A stretch of 64,000 nt of DNA from the NCBI RefSeq assembly GCF_902713615.1, contig NC_052161.1, positions 136,509,792-136,573,791 on the forward strand. The letters are read 5' to 3'. The translations under genes were made by a program, and so were the position numbers. Every line of letters starts with the position of its first letter. Position 1 is the first letter of the stretch. The notes beneath the pieces were generated by a model that ran no database searches, was not told the DNA's origin, and was given only the letters and a program-made list of their open reading frames with translations. This DNA comes from Scyliorhinus canicula (taxonomy: Eukaryota). Shown here piece by piece: positions 1 through 12,590 of the stretch.

Positions 1-162
1 GCGGGTTGGCGCAGTGCCCACTTGGCGCCACGAAAGGAGGCTGGAGCGGCGTGAACCGCTCCAGCGCTGTGCTGGCCCCCTGTGGGGGCCAGAATCGGTC
101 GGACCAGGGACCGGTTCGCGCCGTTGTGAAACACTTGGGCTCCATATTGGAGAATCGCCCCC
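1..162. mobile_element. Right end of a GC-rich MITE (cut by the window edge)
   Basis: Ends ggagaatcgccccc and resembles 15700-15838. Confidence 0.7.
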
Positions 163-493
163 AGATGTATTTCATACAGGTTAAAACTACTAATCAGATT
201 TATTTACACTCATAAGATTAATGGGTACCATGCGAGACAGAAACTGCACAGCACCGGTGTTATTTCATAATACATACATCTGGGAATTGTAGTTGAAAGA
301 GTCATTTGTTGTTTCAACATACTCTGTCAAACATTTGAAAAGGCATCAGCGTGTGATTGCTCGGCAAATAACCAAAGCACAGAATTGTGGTGCTGTCTTT
401 GCTGTCAAATCTACTTTACAATATTGATCATTAGAAATGAACAGAAGATCTGTTTTTCCTCAAGATCTAGGTTGAAAAATTGGTGTGCCTGCT

Positions 494-755
494 AATAATA
501 ATAATCTTTATTGTTGTCACAAGTAGGCTTACATTAACACTGCAATGAAGTTAGTATGAAAAGCCCCTAGTCGCCACATTCTGGCGCCTGTTCGGGCAGA
601 CTGAGGGAGAATTCAGAATGTCCAATTCACCTAACAGCACATCTTTCGGGACTTGTGGGAGGAAACCGGAGCACCCGGAGGCAACCCACGCAGGCACAGG
701 GAGAACGTGCAGACTCGGCACAGACAGTGACCCAAGCCGGGAAATGAACCCGGGA
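494..755 (-). mobile_element. V-SINE with gcctacttgtgacaa..(tta)n tail
   Basis: V-domain plus the alternative tail. Confidence 0.85.
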
Positions 756-1193
756 ACGTGGCTGAAAGCCAGTTTGGTTTTCCGGTACTAAGCAGAGCTG
801 CAAGAACTTCAAAACGTGGCTCTGGAGGTTGTCAAGGTTTCTGTTGTGTAAACACTCAGATGCTACACGGAACTACTGATTCATGGAGCTGACTTTAGCT
901 TTCCACTTACGGCGTGATTTCTCAGGAGAGTTCAACGTATCCAAGCAGGACTGATTGCTTTTGGCTTAAATGCTGCACTTCCTTGCAAAGAACAAACTGA
1001 AACCTTGATTGAGTGACTGTCTTCCTGAAGTTATAAATCATATTTCCACAGAAATGGCATTGACAAACTGATTCATTTGTTGCTAATGAATGAACTTAGA
1101 GAACTTCAACTCTGTTGAGATTGCTGTTCAGGGTGTTTTGAGTAAATTTTAAAAAAACCTTCATTTTATTAAAATTTTAAAAAGCACTGACAG

Positions 1194-1415
1194 GGGCAGC
1201 ACGGTGGCACAGTGGTTAGCATTGCTGTCTACGGCGCTGAGGACCCGGGTTCGAATCCCGGCCCTGGGTCACTGTCCGTGTGGAGCTTGCACATTCTCCC
1301 CGTGTCTGCGTGGGTTTCACCCCCACAACCCAAAGATGTGCAGGGTAGGTGGATTGGCCACGCTAAATTGCCCCTTAATTGGAAAAAATAATTGGGTACT
1401 CTAAATTTATTTTTA
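1194..1415 (+). mobile_element. tRNA-derived V-SINE (HE1-like), A-tail variant
   Basis: A/B boxes, V-domain (gcacattctccccgtgtctgcgtgggtttc) and TSD aaaaagcactgacag. Confidence 0.92.
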
Positions 1416-1934
1416 AAAAAGCACTGACAGAAACACTTTGAACCCTTACTTATGAAATAAAATGATTCATACAATTATCAATTGATCTGATGTATAACTT
1501 ATTCCTGATCCACAAACGCAATACTTTCAATAGGCAACGATCAATCCCAAATCATTTTTTTGTCTTAGTTCAGCCTTCGTATTTTGTCTGTTAACATCAA
1601 TTCAAGCCACTTTTTGAAGGTAGTGGACGCTATTTCACGGCCTCGTGTTAGGGCGAGGCAGTTGAATCTCACTAAAGGCCTCTGACGAGGCAACGCTCAA
1701 AACGCCTCATGAGATTTAACAGAGCCTCGCCCTCACTGGGCGTGATCCAGATCACCATTTTCAATGAGCCATTCAGCTCACATAACAATGCATTTGCAGG
1801 GACCTAACGACCGCAACTGGGGGACCTCGCCAAGGGCGTTGTTTACTATTGATTGCCACAAACATGGACCAGGAATGGTCGTGGAGAGCCCCTCAGGAGG
1901 ATGTCTTTGCCAGGGTGAAGCAACAGCTAACGTT

Positions 1935-2617
1935 GTCCGGATTATGACACATTACCAACCCCCGCCCCCAGCCTCATTTGGAGACGTGTGACACCTGGCC
2001 TTACGGAATCGGAGCTGTATTCTCCCACCGCATGGCTGATGGAAGGGAAAGGCCGTCAGCATTTGCGGAGCGCAATTACATCCAAATAGAAAAAGAAGGG
2101 CTGGCCGCCGTATTCGCGGTGAAGAAATGTTACCAGTACGTGTATGGGCGTCGATTCACCGTTGTGACTCAGTCAGACATCTGAAGCTTCCATCGGCGAC
2201 CTGGCCAGGGATCAGTTACCAGTGGTGGTATCCTCAGGCGGCCATCGAGGAACCGGCGTTCCTCAACACGCTATCCGACCCCGACCCAGCACCAGACAAA
2301 GAGGAGCAGGCGTCCTCCTGCTCCACCTTCTTCAGAGGGATGTACGGACTTCGGGGGGTGGGGGGATGTTATAACCCGATTAATCTCCCCGTGAGCTTCG
2401 TGGAGTCCGAGCTCCCCCGCTGAGGGGAGGAGACCCATCAGCGGGTTAGTTAGCTCCAGATCTAAACAGCTGGCCCAGGTAGGGCCCAGGTGTGTGCTGA
2501 GCTGTAGTATAGCCCCGGCTGGGACAGGAGACTGGACTTGTAAATACTTTACTTTTGGTAATCAACCATTTGTTTGACTCTCCTTTCTGGACTCCTCTGT
2601 GACTGTTAAACAAACAA
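1935..2617 (+). mobile_element. Gypsy relic: RNase H fragment, polypurine tract and 3' LTR (from 2367)
   Basis: CDTWPYGIGAVFSH..ERNYIQIEKEGLAAVFAVKK is a Ty3/Gypsy RNase H motif. A G-rich PPT (2353-2366) abuts TGTTATAACC. Confidence 0.82.
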
Positions 2618-3049
2618 TTGAAGCTCATTAATCTGATTGTCTTGCAGGATGCATGTGTCTCGAGGGAGGGCAGGAACTATTGACTGATAAAGCTATTTAC
2701 ATTCAATCATTCTGTCTGTTTGACTTGGATTCTGTGGCAAGCTGGAACGTAGTGTTCCCCCCAAGTTGCCATGTAACAGAGCTGGACATCGGGTAAAGGC
2801 AGATTAGGTTCAACTCAAGTGCCTCCCAGGAGTGAATGTCTGGTTAATACATAAACAAGGCTGCAGGAGGGAAGCAGGTGAGAAGGGCAGATACAGAGAG
2901 AAGCTGAGGGAAATCAATCATCCGCATCTTCTGACATTGTTCCATTGCAGTAGAGAGACTGGTGAAAGTTAGTAATATCTTTCTGGTCAGAGCACCCCCC
3001 CCCACCTCAACCTGACCTTTCGGGGGACTCAATATACAGAGTGTGAGCA

Positions 3050-3444
3050 GTGGCGGCACGGTAGCACAGTGGCTAGCACTGTTGCTTCACAGGGCCAGGG
3101 TCCCAGGTTCGATTCCCGGTTTGGGTCAGTGTCTGTGAGGAGTTTGCACGTTCTCCTCATGTCTGTGTGAGTTCACCAGACAAGGATGCCCACTGTCCCC
3201 GCTGCTGTTCGCACTAGCAATCGAACCGCTAGCAATCGCGCTCAGGGCAGCAAAAAATTGGAGGGGGATCCGAAGGGGAGGTAGAGAGCACAGAGTCTCA
3301 CTCTATGCGGATGATCTGCTCCTCTATATCTCGGACCCACAAAGCAGCATGGACGGAATCATAGCGCTCCTGAAAGAGTTTGGAGCCTTCTCGGGCTACA
3401 AACTCAACATGAGCAAAAGTGAGATCTTCCCAGTACACCCGCAA

Positions 3445-3479
<35 letters not shown>

Positions 3480-5665
3480 GGGGGGGGGGGGGGGCAGCAC
3501 TAAAGGGGCTGCTGCCGTTCAAACAATCCCGAAATAAATTCCGCTACCTGGGGATCCAAATAGCCCATGACTGGAAAGGGATCCACAAATGGAACCTCAC
3601 CAGCCTGACGGAGGAAGTTAAAAAGGACCTGCAAAGATGGAACACACTCCCGCTCTCCCTCGCGGGGAGAGTCCAGATGATCAAAATGAACGTACTGCCC
3701 AGGTTCCTTTTCCTGTTTAGATCCATTCCGATCTACATCCCCAAGGCCTTTTTCAAAGCGCTGGACAAACATATCATGGCGTTCGTATGGGGGGGTAAAA
3801 ATGCTAGGATCCCAAAGAAGGTCATACAAAAAACAAAATCCAGGGGGGGGGCTAGCCCTCCTGAATCTACAATTCTACCACTGGGCGGCAACAGCCGAGC
3901 GAGTAAGGGGATGGATCCAGGAGCCAGAAGCCGAGTGGGTGCGTGCGGAGGAGGCCTCCTGCATGGGAACCTCCCTCCGGACCCTCGCCACGGCAGCACT
4001 CCCATCCCCACCCAAAAAACACTCCACCAGCCCAGTGGTGACAGCCACCCTCCAATCCTGGAACCAACTGCGGCAGCAATTTGGCCTGTACAAAATGTCG
4101 GACAAGGCTCCCATCTGCAACAACCATAGGTTCAAACCAGCACTGACCGACGCCACCTTCAAAAGGTGGAGGCAGGACGGGGGGACACTGACAGTCAGGG
4201 ACCTATACACGGACGACAGGATCGCAACACTGGACGAACTGACAGAGAAATTTCAGCTAGCTGGGGGGAACGAGCTACGGTACCTGCAGCTCAAAAACTT
4301 CCTACGAAAGGAGACAAGGACGTACCCACAACCGCCACGACAGACACTATTGGAAGACCTACTGGACGCAAGTATCCTAGAGAAAGGGAACTGTAGTGAC
4401 ATGTATGACCGACTGGTAGATAGGGACGACACCGTACTGGACGCAACAAGAAGGAAATGGGAGGACGACCTGGGGATGGAGATAGGGTGGGGACTCTGGA
4501 GCGAAGCACTGCATAGGGTCAACTCCACCTCCACGTGCGCAAGGCTCAGCCTGACGCAACTAAAAGTGGTACATAGAGCCCACTTAACGAGAAACCGTAT
4601 GAGCAGGTTCTTCCCGGAGGTGGAGGACAGATGTGAGCGGTGCCAAAGAGGCCCGGCCAACCACGCCCACATGTTCTGGTCTTGCCCCAGACTTGTGGAG
4701 TACTGGACAGCCTTCTTCGAGGCTATGTCCAAAGTGGTGGGGGTGAGGGTGGAGCCATGCCCGATAGTGGCGGTCTTCGGGGTTTCAGACCAGCCAGATC
4801 TATTCCTGGGGAGGAGGGCGGACGCCCTTGCCTTTGCCTCCCTGATTGCCCGCCGTAGAATCCTGTTTGGCTGGCGGTCAGCAGCACCACCCAGAGCTGC
4901 AGACTGGCTGTCCGACCTCTCGGAATCTCTCCAAATGGAGAAAATCAAATTCGCCATCCGAGGGTCGGACGACGGCTTCCACAGAACGTGGGAGCCATTC
5001 ATGCAACTGTTCCGGGACCTGTTTGTGGCCAACGTACATGAGGAAGAATAGTCGGGTGGCCAAGAACCAGGGGAAAATGGACGGGAATCGGGGGAAGGTA
5101 GCCGGGGGGAGGGGGGGGATACGGGCTCGGTATGGGGGTTTGATGGCAAGCCAAGGCCCAAAACCAAACTATAAATAAATGCCTATAAACATGTGCCTCG
5201 GCCATATTGGGGAATGTAAAATATGTATGCTGGCTAAAGGGGGCGGCCACAATTATTGTTATGAAGATGCTTACCTGTAAGTATTCATGTTAAATTTTTG
5301 TGTTTTCCTTTTTTTTTTCTCTCTCTCTAATAACTTGTAATTTGTCATATATAAAATATGAAAACTCAATAAAAAAACATTTATAAAAAAAATGTCTGTG
5401 TGAGTTTCCTCCGGGTGCTCTATGTTCCAGAGGTGTGAAATACGTGCTTGTTAGGTGAATTGGACATTCTGAATTCTCCCTCAGTGTACCCGAACAGGCG
5501 CCGGAGTGTGGCAACTAGGGGATTTTCACAGTAACTTCATTGCAGTGTTAATGTAAGCCTACTTGTGACAATAATAAACATTAATATTAAGTAGGGTGCT
5601 CTTTCCAACGGCCGTTGCAGGCTCGATGGGCCGAATGGCCTCCTTCAGCACTGTAAATTGTGTGA
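3050..5665 (+). mobile_element. V-SINE split by an L1 (3050-3173 and 5392-5665)
   Basis: The SINE head lies before the L1 TSD and the body and tail lie after it. Confidence 0.85.
3174..5391 (+). mobile_element. 5'-truncated L1-clade LINE (second L1 lineage)
   Basis: Begins at TRQGCPLSPLLF, YADD is intact (about 3304), and the CCHC C-terminus ends at 5051, followed by AATAAA and an A tail. 15-bp TSD atgtctgtgtgagtt (3159-3173 / 5392-5406). Inserted in a V-SINE, with frameshifts at G runs. Confidence 0.95.
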
Positions 5666-5879
5666 TATCACAGCGTCAGGATGGCTAGTTGTTCTGCTGA
5701 CATTAGCAATTGTGGGTCGATGGAAGGGGGGGGGATTCCAGATGTGGTGCTTTCACACCTCTGGAACATAGAGAAAATGAAAAACCTTGTGCATATCTTG
5801 AGGGTTAACATAAAGAATTAATGTGAATTTTTTAACCTCAGAACATCCCCAGGCACAAATTACTTGTGAAGTTAAAAGG

Positions 5880-6205
5880 AGAAAGGTTGTAAATACGCAG
5901 CAGGTCCGGCTGCTTCTGTGGAGAGGGACACAGAGTTTTTTTAAGAGTACACAATTCATGTTTCCAATTAAGGGGCAATTTAGCATGGCCAATCCACCTG
6001 CCCTGCACAGCTTTGGGTTGTGGGGGCGAAACCCACACAGACGCGGGGAGAATGTGCAAATTCCACACGGACAGTGACCCAGAGCCGGGATCGAACCTGG
6101 GACCTCGGCGCCAAGAGACAGCAGGGCTAACCCACTGCGCCACCGTGCTGCCACTGAGAGGGACACAGAGTTAATGTTTCTGGGCAATGCCCTCTCATCA
6201 GAAAG
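5880..6205 (-). mobile_element. Penelope-like element relic with a degenerate minimal hammerhead motif, split by a SINE
   Basis: The minus strand reads CTGATGA-gagggcattgccca-GAAAcattaactctg..ctctccacaga.gc.gccggacctgctg. Related pieces lie at about 11830-11897, 13049-13137 and 43000-43110. Confidence 0.55.
5938..6155 (-). mobile_element. V-SINE, A-tail variant
   Basis: 17-bp TSD gagagggacacagagtt (5921-5937 / 6156-6172) at a TT/AA site. Confidence 0.92.
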
Positions 6206-6569
6206 ATGTCCCTGGTATGTAGTTACTGTTGTGCTGTGGTAATGATACAGGATCCTAGTTGTGCACAGCAAGCTGGCTCAGTCTGCCGGCATGGGCCAGA
6301 GTGGTGCCAACAGCAAGAGGTTTGATCACCCGTCTGGCTTGGGTGGATTTGTCAATCGCCTCCTTGCCCTCCCATGGTGCAGATTGTGGCACCGTGGGTA
6401 AGTCCTGCTTTTGGGCAGAAAACTGAAGGGGCAGAAGAAAAGCTGCCTTCGTAATCACATAATCAATTGTCCAAGTGGATAGATGATCATTTTTAATTAA
6501 TGTCACATTAACGCTGCAATGAGCCTGGTGGTGGGCCTGTGGAATTCATTACCACAGGAAGTGGCTGAT

Positions 6570-6910
6570 GGGGCAGCATGTTAGCATTGTGGATAGCACA
6601 ATTGCTTCACAGCTCCAGGGTCCCAGGTTCGATTCCCGGCTGGGTCACTGTCTGTGCGGGGTCTGCACATCCTCCCCGTGTGTGCGTGGGTTTCCTCCGG
6701 GTGCTCCGGTTTCCTCCCACAGTCCAAAGATGTGCAGGTTAGGTGGATTGGCCATGATAAATTTCCCTTAGTGTCCAAAAAGTGTTGGGTGGGGTGACTG
6801 GGTTGTGGGGATAGGGTGGAGGTGTTGGCCTTGGGTAGGGTGCTCTTTCCAAGAGCCTGTGCAGACTCGTTGGGCCGAATGGCCTCCTTCTGTACTGTAA
6901 ATTCTATGAT
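6570..6910 (+). mobile_element. V-SINE (HE1) with CR1/HER1 tail
   Basis: Head, V-domain and tail gggccgaatggcctccttctgtactgtaaattctatg. Confidence 0.9.
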
Positions 6911-7065
6911 ATTCAAGAGGCGGCTGTATAGCACTTGGGGAGAATGGGATCAAAGGCTATGCAGGATTAGGCTATTGTGTTCGATGATCAGCCATGATCG
7001 TGATGAATGGCAAAGCGGGCTCGAAGGGCCAAAAGGCCTCCTCCTGCTCCTATCTACTATATCTA

Positions 7066-7305
7066 TGAAGTTACTGTGAAAACCCCCTCGTCGCCACATT
7101 CCGGAGCCTGTTCGGATTAACAGAACATCCAATTCACCTAACAAGCACGTCTTGCGGGACCTGTGGGAGGAAACCGGAGCACCCGGAGGAAATCCACGTC
7201 GACCTGGGGGGAACATGCAGACTCTGCACAGAAAGTGACCCAAGCCGGGAATCGAACCTGGGTCCCTGCCGCTGCGAAGCAGCCGTGCTAACCACTGTGC
7301 TGCCC
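7066..7305 (-). mobile_element. V-SINE
   Basis: V-domain and tRNA head. Confidence 0.85.
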
Positions 7306-8478
7306 ATGATGAACATAAGACTCATGGAAAAGTACAAAACTCACAAACCGTTAGCATGGTTACAGGTTATTGAAAGGTTTCCTCCCCCCCCCCCCCCCCC
7401 GACATGCTGTTCCCGAGAAGGGGGGTGGATTGGGGATTTAGTAATGCCTTTAAAAAGGAGCTGTTATCTGTTGAGACGAGGGACTGAGGGTTGATGGGGA
7501 CATTAAGACTACTTTTCATTTGAGGGATGTAAAGTCCTTAAAGTAACGGATAAGGAGCTGGCGGGAAAGCAAGGGCCATGACGGAATATCACGGCCTAAA
7601 CTCTGGTTGTGGGTGGCCAAGATGTTCTCTCGCTCCAGACTATTTTGTTTGTTTTTACCCTAAAGTTTTGAGTCTTTTGTTTTCTCTCTTTTCACTGAAT
7701 TCGATCATTTTGTTACAAACATTGACATTATTGAGCATTTATAATCATCATGGTGACAGGTGAGAGGGAACCTTACCCACGGAGACTCTGTGATCGGTTT
7801 CCAAGGAGCAAATGTCCAGGAAGTGACAGAAAATGCAGATACATGTGCAAAGATGAGGCGTTTGTTTCAGAAGTTACCGATCAAGAGGGGAACACATTTA
7901 ACATAAAGCATTCAGAGCAGGTGAAAAACACTCACCTGTTTCCTGCTATTTTATTGGATGCTCAGGAATCCAGTGGGATTATTAAGGGAACAAGGAGAGG
8001 CCAGAGACAATTAACTGCCGTTTCCGCACATGACTTTAAACTAAAGGCACAAGCCAGGTTAAGTATTAATCAAAACAGCTGGTCCTTCAGTCTATTGTGT
8101 ATCTGTTATTGATCGGAAGCAACTTACAGAGAGAAACAGACACCAAGCTGGACAGGTCACATCTTTAATGACGGCATCACGCACTGGGCATACCCATAAC
8201 AGGGTTTTCAATAAGGAAACGTTCCTGGGATGTGGGTGCCGCTGTCAAGGCCGGCATTGAGAGGCCTGCCCAGCCCATTCAGGGGGCAGTTAGGAGTCAA
8301 CCACATTGCTGTGGGTCTGGAGTCACATGTAGGCCAGACCAGCTATGGACGGCAGATTTCCTTCCCTAAAGGAAATGAATGACTGTAGCAATACATCACA
8401 CTGCTTCTCCCGCACCCCCACTTAAAAAAATTTTTTTTAAAAATAAACTATTCATAGGTACCGTATCTTTACATCTGT

Positions 8479-9336
8479 GGGCCGAATCCTACCAGAATTT
8501 GGCAATTCGGCTCCAACAGAAAATCGCCGTGGAAATCTTCAGTTGCGCAGACCGGTTTTTACACGGATAAAACTGAGTAGGCGTGGTTTACATCATCACT
8601 CTGGCCTGGGGGTGGGGGGGGGGGGGGGGGGGGTGTGTGGAGAGTGAGCACGGGGGGGGGGGGGGGGGGGGGGGCACATGGACCCGGGAACCGGCTCCAA
8701 AGACATTGGTGTGCCCTTTAAAGATGGCACCCCAACTAACGCAACAGCTGAACTGCCTGCAGCACCCATTATGGAGGCTTCGGGGGCTCTCCCCACAGTG
8801 CCCCCCCCTCGACATTCATCGCTGGCAGCTTGCATACCTCTTCTTTCCACCACCCCCCCTCCCCCCCCACGTTAATCTCTGGCATCCCCCACTTCAATCA
8901 CTGCTCTTCCCACCATTTACCATGCATCAAAGCACCTCCCTCATGGGCCTCCCCCTAGGATCTTCCCCTGGCATTGCCCTGGCACCTGGCATGTCCCTCT
9001 GCCCCTTGGGGGACTATTCTTACCTCCAGCCCCCTGGAGGGATCTCCTCGACTGCCTCACACTTGGCCAGACCTGTTGTAAACCTCGTCAGCGTGACATC
9101 GGCGAGGTATGAAAATTTAGTGAGGGGGAGGGGGGGGGGGGTCACATGGCGATGTGGCCACTAAAAAATTTATTAAAATGAGGTTCACATCCTTCCGCGT
9201 GACATCGCCATTAGGAGCAGGGGAAAATCGGGAAATGTCATCTTTGTGGCGAGAATCGTGTTTTCCAAGTCTTGTGGAATTGTCCACCCTCGCCGCTGAC
9301 CCGGCTGACGGGGAGTGAGGGCCCAGGATTCCGCCC
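8479..9336. mobile_element. Older Harbinger-like MITE
   Basis: TIR gggccgaatcct / aggattccgccc. Confidence 0.6.
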
Positions 9337-10124
9337 TAAGTTAACTTGGCAAAATAATAACAGAACTCTTCTCACTCTATATTTATAAATCAAATCTAAC
9401 AACTGGTTTGCAAAGTCTTCCTGATCAGTGTACAGGCTTTGCTGTGGAATTACCTTTTGGACAGCCTGGTTTCAGCTCAGGAATTGGAAAAGACTTTGGG
9501 CAGAATTTTCCCGCCTTGGGACTAAGTCCCAGGGGGCCTACAGGGAAACGCGGCATATTTACCGGCCCCGACCTCATTAAACCCAGGGGTTTCGTGCCGT
9601 ATTCCGTGGCGGGGCAAGTCTGATGCCGCGTTGTCCATCATCGTATCTGGCCGCCATATTCAAAAGGCGACCACAATCACTGACCCACTATTCAAGAAGA
9701 AAGAATGCTGCCCCTGGAAATGAAGATGGGTCTCCATGAGTGCTCTGAGATTGGAGGATGAACCTCACGAGAGAAAATATGGATGTCCGGGCACGTTTGA
9801 AGCCTGGAAGATTTCGGGGACACCCAATAGGTGCTCCCCCTGTCTATGTTCCTGGTTAATTTTCATAATTTACTTTCACGTTGTTTAAGTGTTCCCCCCC
9901 ACCTTCTCTTGGTTCAATTCCAGTCGCCGTCTTTTGTGTTCTTTGCTGTAAAAGCCCAAACACACTCTGTGATACATTTTTCTCTTGTTCTTTCTGAGCT
10001 AGCTGGAGATTGAATTCTCCCATTAACTGAGAGTGGAGTTCTGTTGCCGAATCTGTTTGATGGGCCGAGTGGCCTCATTCTGCACGGTAAAGATTCCCTG
10101 ATTCTGTAGTGCCTTTAAAGTGTT

Positions 10125-10435
10125 GAACTAGTTAGAACTGCTGCCCCACAGCGCCAGGGCCCCGGGTTCCCTTGCGTAACTGTTTGTGTGGAGTTTGCAC
10201 GTTCTCCCCTGTCTATGTCTGCGTAGGTTTCCTCCAGGTGCTCCGGTTCCTCCCACAGTACAAAAATGTGCAGGTTAGGTAGGTTGGCCGTGTTAAATTG
10301 CCCCTTAGTGTCCATACATTAGGTGGGGATACGGGGATAGGACGGGAGACTGGGCCTAGCTTAGAGTGCTCTTTCGGACCGGCGGTGCAGATTCAATGGG
10401 CTGAATGGCCTCCTTCTGCACTGTAGGGTTCTATG
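10125..10435 (+). mobile_element. V-SINE (older) with CR1 tail
   Basis: V-domain and tail. Confidence 0.8.
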
Positions 10436-11896
10436 AACTGAAGAATAAAATTTCACTCATCCTAAGGGGACATTGCTGTGGTACTTTCACTCTATAAATA
10501 GGCACAGGTTCATCTTCAGGATGCTTGTCTTCCTACATGGATTATGATGCTACATATGAAGTTATTTGAAGGTGTAAAATCATCCTGTTTCTCTCTGATA
10601 AGGACACTGTGTAAATGCAAATTGCTTGCAACACTGCAGTGCTGCAACGTACAAGGGAGCGCAATTGGAAATGACACAAACTAATGTCCTCATGAACGTA
10701 TTGTGCATTTTCAGTATTCTAGCCGCATTCTGCCAGCACCAATGTGGAGACGCTGAAGGTTATTTAGTTCCAGTTTTGAAACTAGTCATTGGCTGAATGT
10801 TGCAGAGTTCCCTCTTCTTTCACCTCAGCCTAGCAAGTGGCAACATGGTCTGGATTTGTGCTGAACCACAAGCTGGCGTTTGCTCCTTAAACGGTTCAGA
10901 TAAATGTTTAGCATTCCAACTTCCAAAGAGTATTTCTCTACGCACTTATTGTGTTCCGGGGTAATAAAAATTTCCGGAATGTTAGTCTATGTATGTCCCA
11001 CATTGTGTCTTATTGTGTTCGGATGGCAACAATGCCTTCTGTTCCTCACGTAAGTATTTGATTCGAAGCAAGAAAACACAACGTACTGGCTGTGTGTGAA
11101 ACCTGATCTATTTTCCACCCAGCTTAACACATGAACAACTTCCATTTCAAGGCAAACAATTACAAAGAGAGCATTTTTCACATGGGCAAGATCCTAATGT
11201 TTCCTTTATTATTTCTTCTCGTTTTCTGCTGATCCGGTCGCATTCGTATAGGTTTTATGACGAGCGTTACTAATTGTATAATTTGCTTTGCTAGGTTTGA
11301 ACAACATTAGATATGCTCTGGGAGGGTGGGGTGAGGGGGATGAATTTCCATCCCATTCCAGGTGGTAGGCAAGCCGATTTTCCCGTCCGAGGCGAGGAGA
11401 TTTCCAAAACAGCTAGTGGGATTTCACAGCACGATTGTCCCCCTCCTTCCCCGCCCGACAATGGTGTAATGGGGTTCCTGCTTGTAATGTGGGAAATCCC
11501 ATTATCATACATTCCCATGTACTTGGTGAACCTCCCTGTGGTATCATTCCCCCCCCCCCCCCCCCAACTATAAGATTCAGGGTGGGAGATATAGGAGGGA
11601 TATCCGAGGTAGGTTCTTTACTCAGAGAGTGGTTAGGGTGTAGATAGGCACATGGAGCACACCAGAATGACAGGGAGTGGGATAGCTTGATCTTGGTTTC
11701 GGACAATGCTCGGCACAACATTGAGGGCCGAAGGGCCTGTTCTGTGCTGTACTGTTCTATGTAGAGATCCCCCCCCCCCCCCCACCCGTGACATCACATT
11801 GACGGGGTTTACAACAGGTTTTGTAAAACGGAAATAAAAACACAAAATTCTGGGAAAATTCAGCAGGTTTGGAGGAATCTACGACGAGAGCAAGAG

Positions 11897-12590
11897 TTTA
11901 AAAAAAAATCTTTTTATTCGCAGTTTCAACATTATGTACATTGGTGTTTGGGTTAATTTATTGCACAGTGTAACGCAAAAAGGCTTTTTTTTTAACCTTA
12001 CTTCACTTTATTTACAGATTGCCACTGTCTCGTCCTCCCACCTCCCCCCCAGCCCCCCCTTTCCCCAATTCCTCCCCATCTCCATTGCCCACCCCCTCCC
12101 TGATCAATACGGGGGTGGGAGGGGGGGGGGGTGCTCCCCCTCCTCCTTGCTCCCCCCCCCTTCTCTTTTCCCTTTGTCAGTTTCAGCCGTGTTGTTTGTT
12201 TTTGTGGATGAGTGGGGGGGAGGGGGAAATGTTGTTCCTCTTTGCCCCCCCCCCCTCCCCCCCGTCCCCCCGGTTGTGCGTCTCTTCCTTGTTTTTTTTC
12301 TCCCCTCTCTAATCCTTCCAGTCCCCCCTCTGCTGGCGATGGTTGGCCTCAAACAGGTTAGGAACAGACCGACAAATTTCCCCCATGCAGTAAGGGAGTG
12401 GGGGTGGGGATTCCAGTGAGAGAGGCCCCGTGACTGTGGGAGGGGGGGGTCCCTCTGTCCAGGGGGGGGGGGGTCCCTCTGTCCGGGGGGGGGGGGGGGA
12501 ATGGGGGAGTTTCCCCGTGTGCATGGGGGCTATCCTTGTATTTATTTCTATATTGTTTAGATCGGGACGCTCCCTCTTGAGAGAGCGCAC
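11897..12590 (-). mobile_element. L1-derived 3' fragment (last ORF2 codons plus G-rich 3' UTR and tail)
   Basis: The minus strand reads WGKFVGLF/NLFEAN, like the L1 C-terminus WEPFMQLFRDLFVAN. AATAAA and an A/T tail lie near 11900. No TSD was found. Confidence 0.55.

Noticed and set aside
1194-1270. tRNA genes at SINE heads
   Set aside because: The A/B boxes run directly into SINE bodies with tails and TSDs.
4253-5167. 304-aa minus-strand ORF
   Set aside because: It is the antisense shadow of L1 ORF2.
7770-7940. Two strong minus-strand donor-like sites (near 7778 and 7936)
   Set aside because: No matching acceptor or coding frame was found, and there is no GPR157-like sequence.
10626-10647. 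22-bp near-perfect palindrome ttgcaacactgcagtgctgcaa
   Set aside because: It is isolated and loopless, with no supporting context.
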